Shown here piece after piece: positions 10,126 to 19,800 of a stretch of DNA of 64,000 bases. This stretch comes from an uncultured Eubacteriales bacterium (lineage in GTDB: Bacteria; Bacillota; Clostridia; Oscillospirales; QAMX01). The stretch covers positions 156,400 through 220,399 of the forward strand of contig CAKTEH010000002.1 of NCBI GenBank assembly GCA_934546935.1, in the 5' to 3' direction. The notes beneath the pieces are model-generated. The model was given only the letters and a program-made list of their open reading frames with translations. It had not been told where the DNA came from and searched no databases. Numbering within the stretch: the stretch's first letter is position 1; each line of letters starts with the position of its first letter. A program made the position numbers and the translations under genes.

Positions 10126-11508
10126 TTGGATACCGCAAAACCAACCCTGATACAAAAATTTTCAAATTTATTTGTAAAAGACCGCGGGTTTTATAAAACC
10201 ATACTCCTGCTTGCGCTGCCGATCGTGCTGCAGAACATGATTACCATGGGCGTCAATATCATGGACACGGTCATGCTTGGCAGTTATGGAGAAATCCAGC
10301 TCTCCGGCTCGTCTTTAGGCAATGATTTCATCAACATCTTCCATATCCTGTGCATGGGCATGGGGGCAGGTGCGAGCGTGCTGACAGCACAGTTCTGGGG
10401 AGCAGGCGACTACGCCTCCATCCGTAAAACGATTACCATTATGATGCGCATCTGTTTAGCGCTTGTGGCATTGTTTACAGCCGTGACCGTATGTTTCCCG
10501 CGTCAGATTTTGTCCATCTTTACTTCCGATACGCAGGTAATCGAAAAAGGTGCGACCTATCTGTTGTGGAGCCTTGCGCAGTATTTTCTGCTTGGCATAT
10601 CCCTGACACTTACGCTGATCCTCCGGTCCCTGCGCAAAGTCATGATCCCGCTAATTACTTCCATTGTCAGCTTTTTTGTCAATATCGGCTGTAACTATAT
10701 TTTTATTTTCGGCAAGCTCGGCTTTCCGGAAATGCAAATTGCCGGCGCAGCGCTCGGCACAGTCTGCGCCCGCCTGGTCGAAACCGCAATTATCGGGGGC
10801 TACTTCCTGTTTATGGAAAAAGATATTGGTTGGAAAATCACCGACCTGTTCCGTCCCTGCAAAGATATTGCCGGCCGGTATTTAAAGTACTCTTTCCCCG
10901 TTATCCTTTCTGACGGGATGCTCGCATTGGGCAACTCCATGGTATCCATCATCATAGGCCATATCAGCACGGAATTTGTTGCCGCCAATGCGATCATTGC
11001 CACCGTTGTCCGCCTAAGTACTGTTTTTACGCAGGGGCTCGGACAGGCGTCCAGCACAATTACCGGCAACACCCTTGGACGCGGCGAAATTGAAAAAACC
11101 TACCGCCAGGGCGTGACCATGGTTACGCTTTCTGTCTTTATCGGTATAGCTGCAGGCGGCATTATCCTGCTTCTTGCGCCGTGGATCATCTCCATGTATA
11201 ACATAACGGATTTAACGCGCGCAGTTGCAGAAAAGCTGATGTACGCGGTAAGCCTCATGGTAGTTTTCCAGTCGATGCAGAGCGTGCTGACCAAGGGGAT
11301 CCTGCGCGGCGGCGGGGACACCCGCTTCTGTATGCTGGTCGACGCAGGTTTCTTATGGATCGCTTCCGTCCCGCTCGGCGCACTTTGCGGGCTTGTGTGG
11401 CATGCCGATCCATTCATCATTTACATTGCGCTGAAGATTGACTGGGCGATCAAAAGCCTGGTCTGCCTTGGACGCGTTCACAGCCGTAAATGGATGAAGC
11501 GTGTCTAG
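10126..11508 (+). CDS. MATE family efflux transporter
   Basis: 12-TM-type hydrophobic protein with ALPIVLQNMITMGVNIMDTVMLG, ..GLGQASSTITGNTLG.., ..LTKGILRGGGDTRF... The probable start is TTG at 10126, preceded by AGAAAGGA. The listed ATG at 10066 lies inside the upstream gene. Confidence 0.85.
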   Translation: MDTAKPTLIQKFSNLFVKDRGFYKTILLLALPIVLQNMITMGVNIMDTVMLGSYGEIQLSGSSLGNDFINIFHILCMGMGAGASVLTAQFWGAGDYASIRKTITIMMRICLALVALFTAVTVCFPRQILSIFTSDTQVIEKGATYLLWSLAQYFLLGISLTLTLILRSLRKVMIPLITSIVSFFVNIGCNYIFIFGKLGFPEMQIAGAALGTVCARLVETAIIGGYFLFMEKDIGWKITDLFRPCKDIAGRYLKYSFPVILSDGMLALGNSMVSIIIGHISTEFVAANAIIATVVRLSTVFTQGLGQASSTITGNTLGRGEIEKTYRQGVTMVTLSVFIGIAAGGIILLLAPWIISMYNITDLTRAVAEKLMYAVSLMVVFQSMQSVLTKGILRGGGDTRFCMLVDAGFLWIASVPLGALCGLVWHADPFIIYIALKIDWAIKSLVCLGRVHSRKWMKRV

Positions 11509-11573
11509 AAATTGATATTTCCAAGCAAAAAACGGATTAAAATTGAAAACATTATAATATTGGAGGTCATTGT

Positions 11574-13172
11574 ATGCCGAAAAAAGCAAAAATTGTCATC
11601 CATCCCGCTTATGAGATCGGAGAAATTTCCCCGCGTCTGTATTCCGCTTTCCTTGAACCTATTGGCAACATGGTAAACGGCAGCATGTATAATCCCAAGC
11701 ATCCTACCGCTGATGAAAAGGGCCTGCGTCACGATTTTATCGACGCGCTGAAGAAAACCGGCCTGCCCGCCGTGCGTCTCCCGGGCGGAAACTTCGTTTC
11801 CGGTTGGGACTGGAAGGACTCTATCGGCCCGCGCCAGCAGCGTAAGGTCCATCTTGACCTGGCCTGGCGGCAGTATATCACAAACGACGTCGGCCACGAT
11901 GAATATCTGCAGTGGGCGGAAATGGTCGGCACGGAATCGCTGTATACCATCAACCTCGGCACCGGCGATATCAACGACGCCGTAAGTATCATTGAATACA
12001 CCAATCACAAGGGTGGGACCTACTGGTCCGACCTGCGCCGTAAATACGGCCATGAAGACCCTTATAACGTAAAAACCTGGTATCTGGGCAATGAACCGGA
12101 CGGGTATTGGCAGATCCGTTCCTGGGGCAACGACCCGAAAGGCTACGGCGTACTGGCCAACGAAACAAGCAAGCTGATGAAGTGGGTTGACCCCCGTATT
12201 GAGACGATTGCCGCGGTATCCTGTTCCCCGAACATGCTGCATTATCCGGACTGGGATCTTACAGTTATGCAGGAATGCTATCACAGCGTCGACTATATTT
12301 CCATGCATCACTATCAGTCCGTCCTCGCAGGCGACATCCCCACTTTCATGGCATCCTCCCGCTATTTTGAGGACTATATCAATACAGAAGTCGCTATGTG
12401 CGACTATGTTGCAGCCAAGCTGAAAAGCCCGAAGCAGATGATGCTCTCTTTCGACGAATACGGCATCATGATGCGTCCGGCCGGAGAGCTGCATTATGGA
12501 CGCGGCGAATACCTGCATTATAAAGCGCACTACGAAACCGATCCGAACCGTCAGCATGTCCTGCATGACCCGGACAACATGCCCGCCCGCCCGTCCCGCG
12601 GCGGCGATATGCTCAACGCTTTGGCAAACGCATCCACGCTCCTGGCTTTTATCCGCCATGCCGACCGCGTAAAAATCGGCTGTATGACCGGCGGTCTTGG
12701 CGTCCTCGCCTCTACCGACCGCGACCATGTCTGGGCGACGGCTTCCGCCTATCCTTATACCCAGTTGATGCGCTATGGACGCGGAACCTCGCTGCGTGTA
12801 AGCGTAGACTGTGATACCTACGACGTACCCAGCTACATTGTCGATGATACCAATCAGTATTATGAGCAGGAAGGCGTTGACCTTATTGATGCCGCCGCTG
12901 CATACGACAAAGCTTCAGGCGAGGTCAATATCTTCGTCATCAACCGTAACTGGGAAAGTTCCAACGATCTTGCGCTGGATCTGCGCGGCTTTGAAGGCCT
13001 GCATTTCGTCGAGCATATTGAAATGCACACCGATAATCTTGATCTTGCCAACACTTGGGAAAACCCGGACGCAATCAAGCCGAATTTAAATCCGGACGCA
13101 AAGTTTGAAAACGGCATTCTTCAGGCCAATGTCAAACCTTTATCCTGGAATGTTTTCCGGTTCCAGAAATAA
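11574..13172 (+). CDS. abfA: GH51 alpha-L-arabinofuranosidase
   Basis: IGEISPRLYSAFLEP, VRLPGGNFVSGWDWKDSIGP, and the acid/base motif WYLGNEPDG. TGGAGGT RBS. Confidence 0.9.
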   Translation: MPKKAKIVIHPAYEIGEISPRLYSAFLEPIGNMVNGSMYNPKHPTADEKGLRHDFIDALKKTGLPAVRLPGGNFVSGWDWKDSIGPRQQRKVHLDLAWRQYITNDVGHDEYLQWAEMVGTESLYTINLGTGDINDAVSIIEYTNHKGGTYWSDLRRKYGHEDPYNVKTWYLGNEPDGYWQIRSWGNDPKGYGVLANETSKLMKWVDPRIETIAAVSCSPNMLHYPDWDLTVMQECYHSVDYISMHHYQSVLAGDIPTFMASSRYFEDYINTEVAMCDYVAAKLKSPKQMMLSFDEYGIMMRPAGELHYGRGEYLHYKAHYETDPNRQHVLHDPDNMPARPSRGGDMLNALANASTLLAFIRHADRVKIGCMTGGLGVLASTDRDHVWATASAYPYTQLMRYGRGTSLRVSVDCDTYDVPSYIVDDTNQYYEQEGVDLIDAAAAYDKASGEVNIFVINRNWESSNDLALDLRGFEGLHFVEHIEMHTDNLDLANTWENPDAIKPNLNPDAKFENGILQANVKPLSWNVFRFQK

Positions 13173-13282
13173 AGTCTGGCATCCGGAAAAAAACGGACGA
13201 AAAAGTAAATCCCTGTGGAGGCAAAGTAATTTTGCCTCCACAGGCCTGTAAAACACAGAAAATTCTAATACAGAAAACAGGC

Positions 13283-13311
13283 TTGACGTTGCCCGCTTTG
13301 TAGGGTAAAAT
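13283..13311 (+). promoter_or_regulatory. Candidate promoter of the marR-family gene
   Basis: TTGACG, 17 nt, TAAAAT. Confidence 0.5.
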
Positions 13312-13435
13312 AGTAAAAAGTTTATCCCCTTCTTCGTCAAAAATCACGTGTAAATCCCTGTTTATCCGACTGCGCGGCATAGCTGCCACGCCCACATTTT
13401 TTCAATTCCATGCAAATCCGATAAGGAGAACCGTC

Positions 13436-13861
13436 ATGTCTGCATCTTTCAATAATATCTTTTTATATACCTTCCTGCTGCACCGTTCCAAAAGCCGCCA
13501 GTATTTCTACGAGCTTGGCCTGTCCGACGGTCAACCAAAAGTTTTGCAGCGTTTGCTCCAGCACGAAGGTGTTTCCCAAAAAGCCCTGGCAGAGGCTTGC
13601 CACGTCCGTCCTGCAACCATGACCGCGCTTTTGCGCAAAATGCTGGCTGATGGGCTCGTCTACCGCCAGAGTCTGCACGCTGCCAACGGCAAACGCGTCT
13701 TTGGAATTTATCTGACTGATGCCGGACGGGAACTCGCAGAAAAAGTTATGCAGTCACTCGATAAAGTTTCCCAGCTTGCCCTGCAGGGTTTTTCCGATCA
13801 GGAATTAGAAATTTTTATGTCCTATCTCCAGCGCATGGGAAATAATTTGGAAAAAGAATAA
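13436..13861 (+). CDS. MarR family transcriptional regulator
   Basis: 141 aa. Winged-helix pattern GLSDGQPKVLQRLLQHEGVSQKALAEACHVRPATMTALLRKMLADGLVYRQ..DGR. AAGGAGAA RBS. Confidence 0.85.
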   Translation: MSASFNNIFLYTFLLHRSKSRQYFYELGLSDGQPKVLQRLLQHEGVSQKALAEACHVRPATMTALLRKMLADGLVYRQSLHAANGKRVFGIYLTDAGRELAEKVMQSLDKVSQLALQGFSDQELEIFMSYLQRMGNNLEKE

Positions 13862-13898
13862 AACGATCCGCCCGGGAGTTTCCCGGGCGGATCGTTTT
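13860..13898. terminator. Bidirectional terminator between convergent genes
   Basis: AAAA-CGATCCGCCCGGGA-gtt-TCCCGGGCGGATCG-TTTT. The perfect stem is flanked by A- and T-runs. Confidence 0.8.
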
Positions 13899-16800
13899 CT
13901 ACTGAATAACCACGTCCACTTCATGCTCTCCCGGTGCTGGGGGCCAGGGAATCTGCGTACAGGATGCGCCATCAAAATACAACTGCGGCGTCTGCCCGCG
14001 CCGGACACGGATACACACACAAACCCCATCTTTTTCATAGCGGGCCTGATAGCCCGGCCAGCCGGAAGGCAGTCGTGGGACAATTTCCAACCGTCCCGGC
14101 AGGAAATGCAGCCCGAGCAGCTCGTCAAGTACTGCACGCAGATACCATCCCGCCGCACCGGTATAAATTGTCCAGCCGGCCCGCCCATACAGCTGCGGCG
14201 CCGTATAGACATCGGCGGCAATATAATATGGTTCGGCACGATAGCCATGCCGCTGCGAAGGTGCAAGCGAGGATAATATGCGTGCACCTTCGTCAGCAAG
14301 ACCTGCACGCAACAGCCCCATTGCAAGCCAAATCGCGCCATGGGTATACTGACCGCCGTTTTCTCGGACGCCGGGCGTATAGCCCTTGATATAGCCGGGA
14401 TCCTGTTTCGATTCCGTTGTAAACGGCGGATCAAACAGCCGCACGACCGTCCCGTCATACAGGCTGCGCACAGCGCTGCGAAGCGCCTGTATCCGGCGCA
14501 CTTCCCGCTGCGCAGCCTCTGCCGGGGACGCCGGCGCAGGCGGTTCGACGAAAGCGCAGAAAGCTTGGCTGATCGCATCAATTTTACAGGCGTCAGACTG
14601 GGCGCTGCCAACCGGCGTGCCGTCGTCATGCCAGCCGCGCAGGAAATGATCGCCATCCCAGGCCGCATATGCTGCATCCGTCAATTCCCGGGAAAACCGC
14701 CGCCAGGAAAATATGGTGTCGGCGTCGCAGCGGTTTTCCCCATACGCCGCCATCTGCTCAAAGACAAGCGCTGCAAACCAGCTCAGCCATACGCTTTCCC
14801 CATGTCCGGCAATCCCGACTTCGTTCATTGCATCGTTCCAGTCCCCGCCGCCGATATGCGCCAGGCCATGCGGTCCACAGCCGCGTTCCATCACACACGC
14901 AAGGACATGGCGACAATGCTCCCATACGCTTGCACTGTCCTGGCTGACGGGCGCTTCTTCCAGCCGTTCACGTTCCTGCGGCATAAGAGGCGGTGAATCC
15001 AGCCAGGGAGCAGGCGCGTCCAGAATCGAGCTGTCCCCTGTCTTTTGGAGGTATAGCAGCGTTACATAGGGTAAAAACAGCAGGTCGTCGCTGACCCTTG
15101 TGCGCACGCCGCGCGCCACATGTGCATCCATCCCGTCCGGATGCCACCAGTGCTGTACATCGCCTTCCCGGTACTGATGCCCAGCGGCGAACAGGATCTG
15201 CTGCCGGACCAGCGCATGACGCTGTGCATCCGGCGGCAGGAACATAAGACCCGCCGCATCCTGAAGCTGATCGCGAAAACCGTATGCGCCTGAACTCTGG
15301 TACATGGAGCTTCGCGCAAAAAGGCGTCCGGCAAGCACCTGATAAGCTGCAAACCCATTCACGATCGCGTCAATGCGTTTATCCGGCGTTTCTATGGCCA
15401 AATCCATGCACATATGCCGCCAGTATTCCTGCGTTTGCCGCGCAGCCGCAGCCGCAGCTTCCGGGGTACACAGCGCTGTGATCTGCCCAGCCTGCTGCGC
15501 ATCGGACGCACAGCCGCAGACAATCCAGGCATGGTATACTCCATTGTCCTGTTCCGGTTCAATGCGCATTGCTGCACAAGGATCCAATCCGGCGCCACAG
15601 GTGCCATCAAGCATACCGGTACGGAAGGCCGCTTCGCTGCAGGTATATGCCTGCGCACGCGGATAGGACGTACAGACAAAATGGTAGGGCGCAAAACGCT
15701 GGGCCGACGGGTTGCATACATTGATCACGCCATGGGCCGCGTCATATCCCGTGCGCACATAACGCCGGGATTCATCCGTCTCGCCCAGAATCAACGTCGT
15801 ATGCCACAGGATATATGCCTGCGCGGGGGCATCTGACTTGAGCGTAAGTTCAAATATACGCGCCGGCAGCTGCGGATGCACAAAGGCACGCAGGGTGCAG
15901 GCAATGCCGTCAATATGGCTTTCCCATTCCGCAAAGCCTGGACGGTAACGCACCCGGCAATCCCCGCCCCGGGAAAACAGACTCGTCCTCCCCTTTGGCG
16001 TAACCAGTTCCACATTCTCCGGCCCAGTACGGGCAAGCGGGTCGTTTTCCCAGCGGTTTATGCGGTTTTCCCTCGAGTTGCAGTACCACATATTCCCCGC
16101 TCCGCTGTCGCAGGCCAGATAACCAAAATGCGCATTCGCCAAAGGATGCGACCAGACAAGCGCAGGCGCGGCCTCGAAATATGCTTCCATTCCCTGGATC
16201 GTACAGGGTGTTTCGACCCTGCCGGCATCTGCGCTGCGCTCCGGATACAAAGATACAAGCGCGGCTCCATCCCCTGTCGTTTCCACACTGGCTTCCGTAT
16301 CCTCCAGTACCAGATCTGCCAGTGCATACAGCTGTTCCCGCTCCTGGTGCGTCAGGGTGTTTTCGTCGAGCAGGTGTACACCTGCTCGCTGGCCGAGCAG
16401 GCTTTCCCCACCCCACTCGCGCAGGATTTCCACACAGGAAACGTAACCGCCGCGCAGATACCCTCCGTCGGCATTGAGCGCGGCAAGGTCACAATATGCC
16501 CCGCACAGGTAAAGGAACATATGCGCACGCAAGGCCTTTTCCACTGTATTTCCCCCTTCGGTGCGCAGCAAAAGAAGCGGATAGTCCCCTGAAATTCCAA
16601 AACGCCACAGGAAGCTCCGTCCTGCGCTCAATTTTTCCAGATACGCCGCCTGCTGGCGCAGAGAAGGCGTCAAATATAAGGCGCGCGCATAGAGGGAAAA
16701 CGCCTGCTGCGCATCGTTTGCATCCATCCCAAGCGCTTCAAGCAGCTCATACATACGATGGGATTCCACGCCGGGGCCGTATTCGAGCGCGCTGCGCGCG

Positions 16801-19800
16801 GCCTGTACTGCATCGGGCTCGTTCGCCGCGCAGCCCAGCGCAAAGCGCAGCTTACACGTTTCTCCGGCACTGGGCGTTAAAGGCACATAGGCTGCAGCAT
16901 AGGGATCCGGCGCACCGCTGTCCGCGGCAGATGCTGCCGGGATCCGCAGAAGCCCCAAAAGGCCGGCGCGCCCCAAGGCGCGTTCACGCGAAGTTTCAAA
17001 AACCGCTGTATCCGAGCAGGCAAGCGCCGCACTCCTGCCAGGCGCACCGGAACGCGTGCGGCGGGACATCGCCAGTACAGACGCAGGCGGTTGCGTTACA
17101 TGCGCCGACAAAAACAGCTTTGAAAACGCCGGATGCCCTGTAAAAGCGCGCAGCTCATCGACCACCGGCGTAAAAGCCACAATTGCATGCGCATCCTGCG
17201 TCTGTAAGCCGTCAAAAGCAAGAGCAAACTGCACTGCCTTTTCTTCGGCGCAGACCGACACGCGCAATTTTGCTGTGACCTTCCCAATTTTCGCAGTATA
17301 TTCGGCATAAGCGGGCGTAAAACGCGCAGCATATTCGACGTTTCCAGCAAAAAACGGCGCTGGCGTCAGTGAATACAACGTCCCATCCAATGCCAGCAAC
17401 ACATGCACACCGCCGGCGCCGGACAGATGCCGCGCGTCGAACGCAACAAGGTCCTCCCCTGCACAGACAATACGCGCAATGCCGAGACTGGTAGCTAAGA
17501 CTCGGATCCCGCCGTTTGAAAGCATCACACAGGCGGGTTCCCTCCAGGCAATCCCCTGGCTCCTTCCCAGTTCCATTTCCTCCACCGCGCCGCGCAGCTC
17601 GCGTGCATAGTGCTGCGGACGGGCGCGAAGCGGTGTGCCAACCGGGACACGTTCTTTCAAAAGCGAGCTGTGCGCACGCATCGCCGCATCAGCAAAGAAT
17701 CTGCGCTGCCAGATACCATCGGACAGGGCATTTGCCGCTGCAATCAGGCTCATGCCGACATGATGCGCCATAAAACAGCGGATAGGCATATAGCGGCTGC
17801 CGTCCGGGATACGGGAACGGGTAAAGTCAAGCGCTTCATAATGCCCCCATGTCCCGGCGGCGTCCAATGTGTCAAAGCTTCGCAGGTTCTGATAGGCTTC
17901 CTGTGGATCAAGTGCCAGCGTCAGCCACGCGGCATAGGGCGCAATCACCGCTTCCCTGTCAAGCCCTCGCTTGAGCCCCAGCGCTTGCACGCCATGCGCC
18001 TTATATTGAAAATTCATATCACTGTCAAAAGCGAAAAAACAGCTTTCCGAAACACCATAAGGCCGGGTTTTAAAGCGTTTCTTCTGGCAATACAGTGCAA
18101 AATATTCGCTTTCATACAAAAGCGAGCCCTCATAGGATGGCAGCAGGAGCGCAGGCATAAGGTATTCAAACATCGTCCCCGACCAGGACAGGAGCCCGCG
18201 GCGGCGGTGAAGCCCGCCCATCAACCGTCCAAGCCGCAGCCAGTGACGCATATCCGCTTCTCCACGCGCAACTGCAATATAAGAGGCAAGCCGCGCCTCA
18301 CTTGCCAGCAGGTCATAATAGGAATCATCAGGTTTCCCATGTTCGGCATCGTAGCCAAGCCGGAACAGCCGCCACACCGGGTCGTAGAGCGGCGCAAGTT
18401 CCATCCCCGTTGAAAGCGTATGGATCCGCGCGGCCAGAGCTCCGGCCCGCTGATCCTGGATTTCCCGCAGGGCAGCCTCCAACGCAATCAAGCAGCCCAG
18501 GAGGTTGCCCGAGTCAACAGTGGATACCCTGCGTGGATACATGGGTTCCGCAGTATCCGTCGAATACCAGTTATAAAGGTTGCCATGCCATTTTTCCATC
18601 CCTTCCAGCGTTGAGGCCATTGCCTCCAGACGCGAGAGCATCTCCTCCTGTGTTGCAAAGCCAAGATCCTTCGCCGCGGCAAAAGCCAGCATCGCAAGGC
18701 CAATATTGGTTGGAGAAGTGCGCCGGGCTACACCCTGCGCAGGTGTGAACTGTACATTATCCGGCGGCAGGAAATGCGTCGCAGCACAAACATTGTCCCG
18801 GAAATACCCATACATGCGTTCACTCTGCGCCAAAACCCATTCCAGGGCCGGAGCGTCAAGCATGCAGCGTCTGCATCCCGGCGTTTTCGCACTCCGGTAT
18901 GCCACAGCAGGGGCACACAGCCAGACAAGCGCTGCCGCCGCGCGGCACAGCAGCAGAAAAAAACCGTCGTACGGAGGCAGAAAAAGCAACACGCCCGCTG
19001 TGGCACAGGGCAAAAATGCCCACGCGCAGGCCGCGGCGTTTGCTTTGCCCAGCCCAACCTGCATAGCCGTACGCCATTGCAAAAGATGCCGCCGGCTGAT
19101 GTACATGCGCCACAGCGCACGCCCCGCCGCATCGAGCGCCGTCCAGGCGGCTTTGGGCAGGAAAATAAAATCATACACCGTGCGGCGCAATGTGCGCACC
19201 ATTGTGTCTGGAATCCTGGCGCGGTATTCTTCACGCGGCATGACCGTACATCCCAAAAGGTCGGGCAGGAAAGACAGTACCGCAAGGATTAGCAGCCAAT
19301 CCGGCGCGGATGTGTATACCGCGATAAAAATCAGTGCGAGCTGGAATACCGGCCGCAGACTCCGGCGCAGATTATCAAAAATCCGCAGCTTTGCCGAAGC
19401 TGGAAGCGGGTTGCGGACACGCTGTCCGTCCTTGGCCTTGATATGCGGGAAGATCCAGGGAGCGGCCTGCCAATCGCCGCGGATCCAGCGATGTTCCCGT
19501 CCAAAATACGCGCTGGCCGACTGTGGGAAGTCCTCAAAGAATTCAGCCTGCGGGCAGAAACCCGCGCGCAGATAAGCGCCCTCAAGCAGGTCATGGGAGA
19601 GAATGCGTTCTTCCGGCAGCGAGCCGTATAGTACCTGCATATAAGCGTCGACATCGAAAACCCCTTTGCCAGTAAAGTTGGTTTCCCCACACAGGTTCTG
19701 ATAGAAGTCCGGAGCCGCCGCGCCATATGCATCAAACCCACCCTGTCCGGCATAAGCCTCCGCAAACAGGCTGTCCCGGCGAAGTGCGCGCGACAGACGC

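Noticed and set aside
11505-12728. 407-aa ORF antisense to the GH51 arabinofuranosidase gene
   Set aside because: It lies entirely inside and opposite a gene with unmistakable GH51 motifs. Its sequence is low-complexity and His/Arg/Val-rich. It has no RBS. Long antisense ORFs are expected in GC-rich coding DNA.
13212-13244. 14-bp hairpin CCTGTGGAGGCAAA/TTTGCCTCCACAGG after abfA, considered as a terminator
   Set aside because: The stem is perfect but no T-run follows on either side. I therefore did not list it as a confident intrinsic terminator. It may still act as an RNA-stability element.
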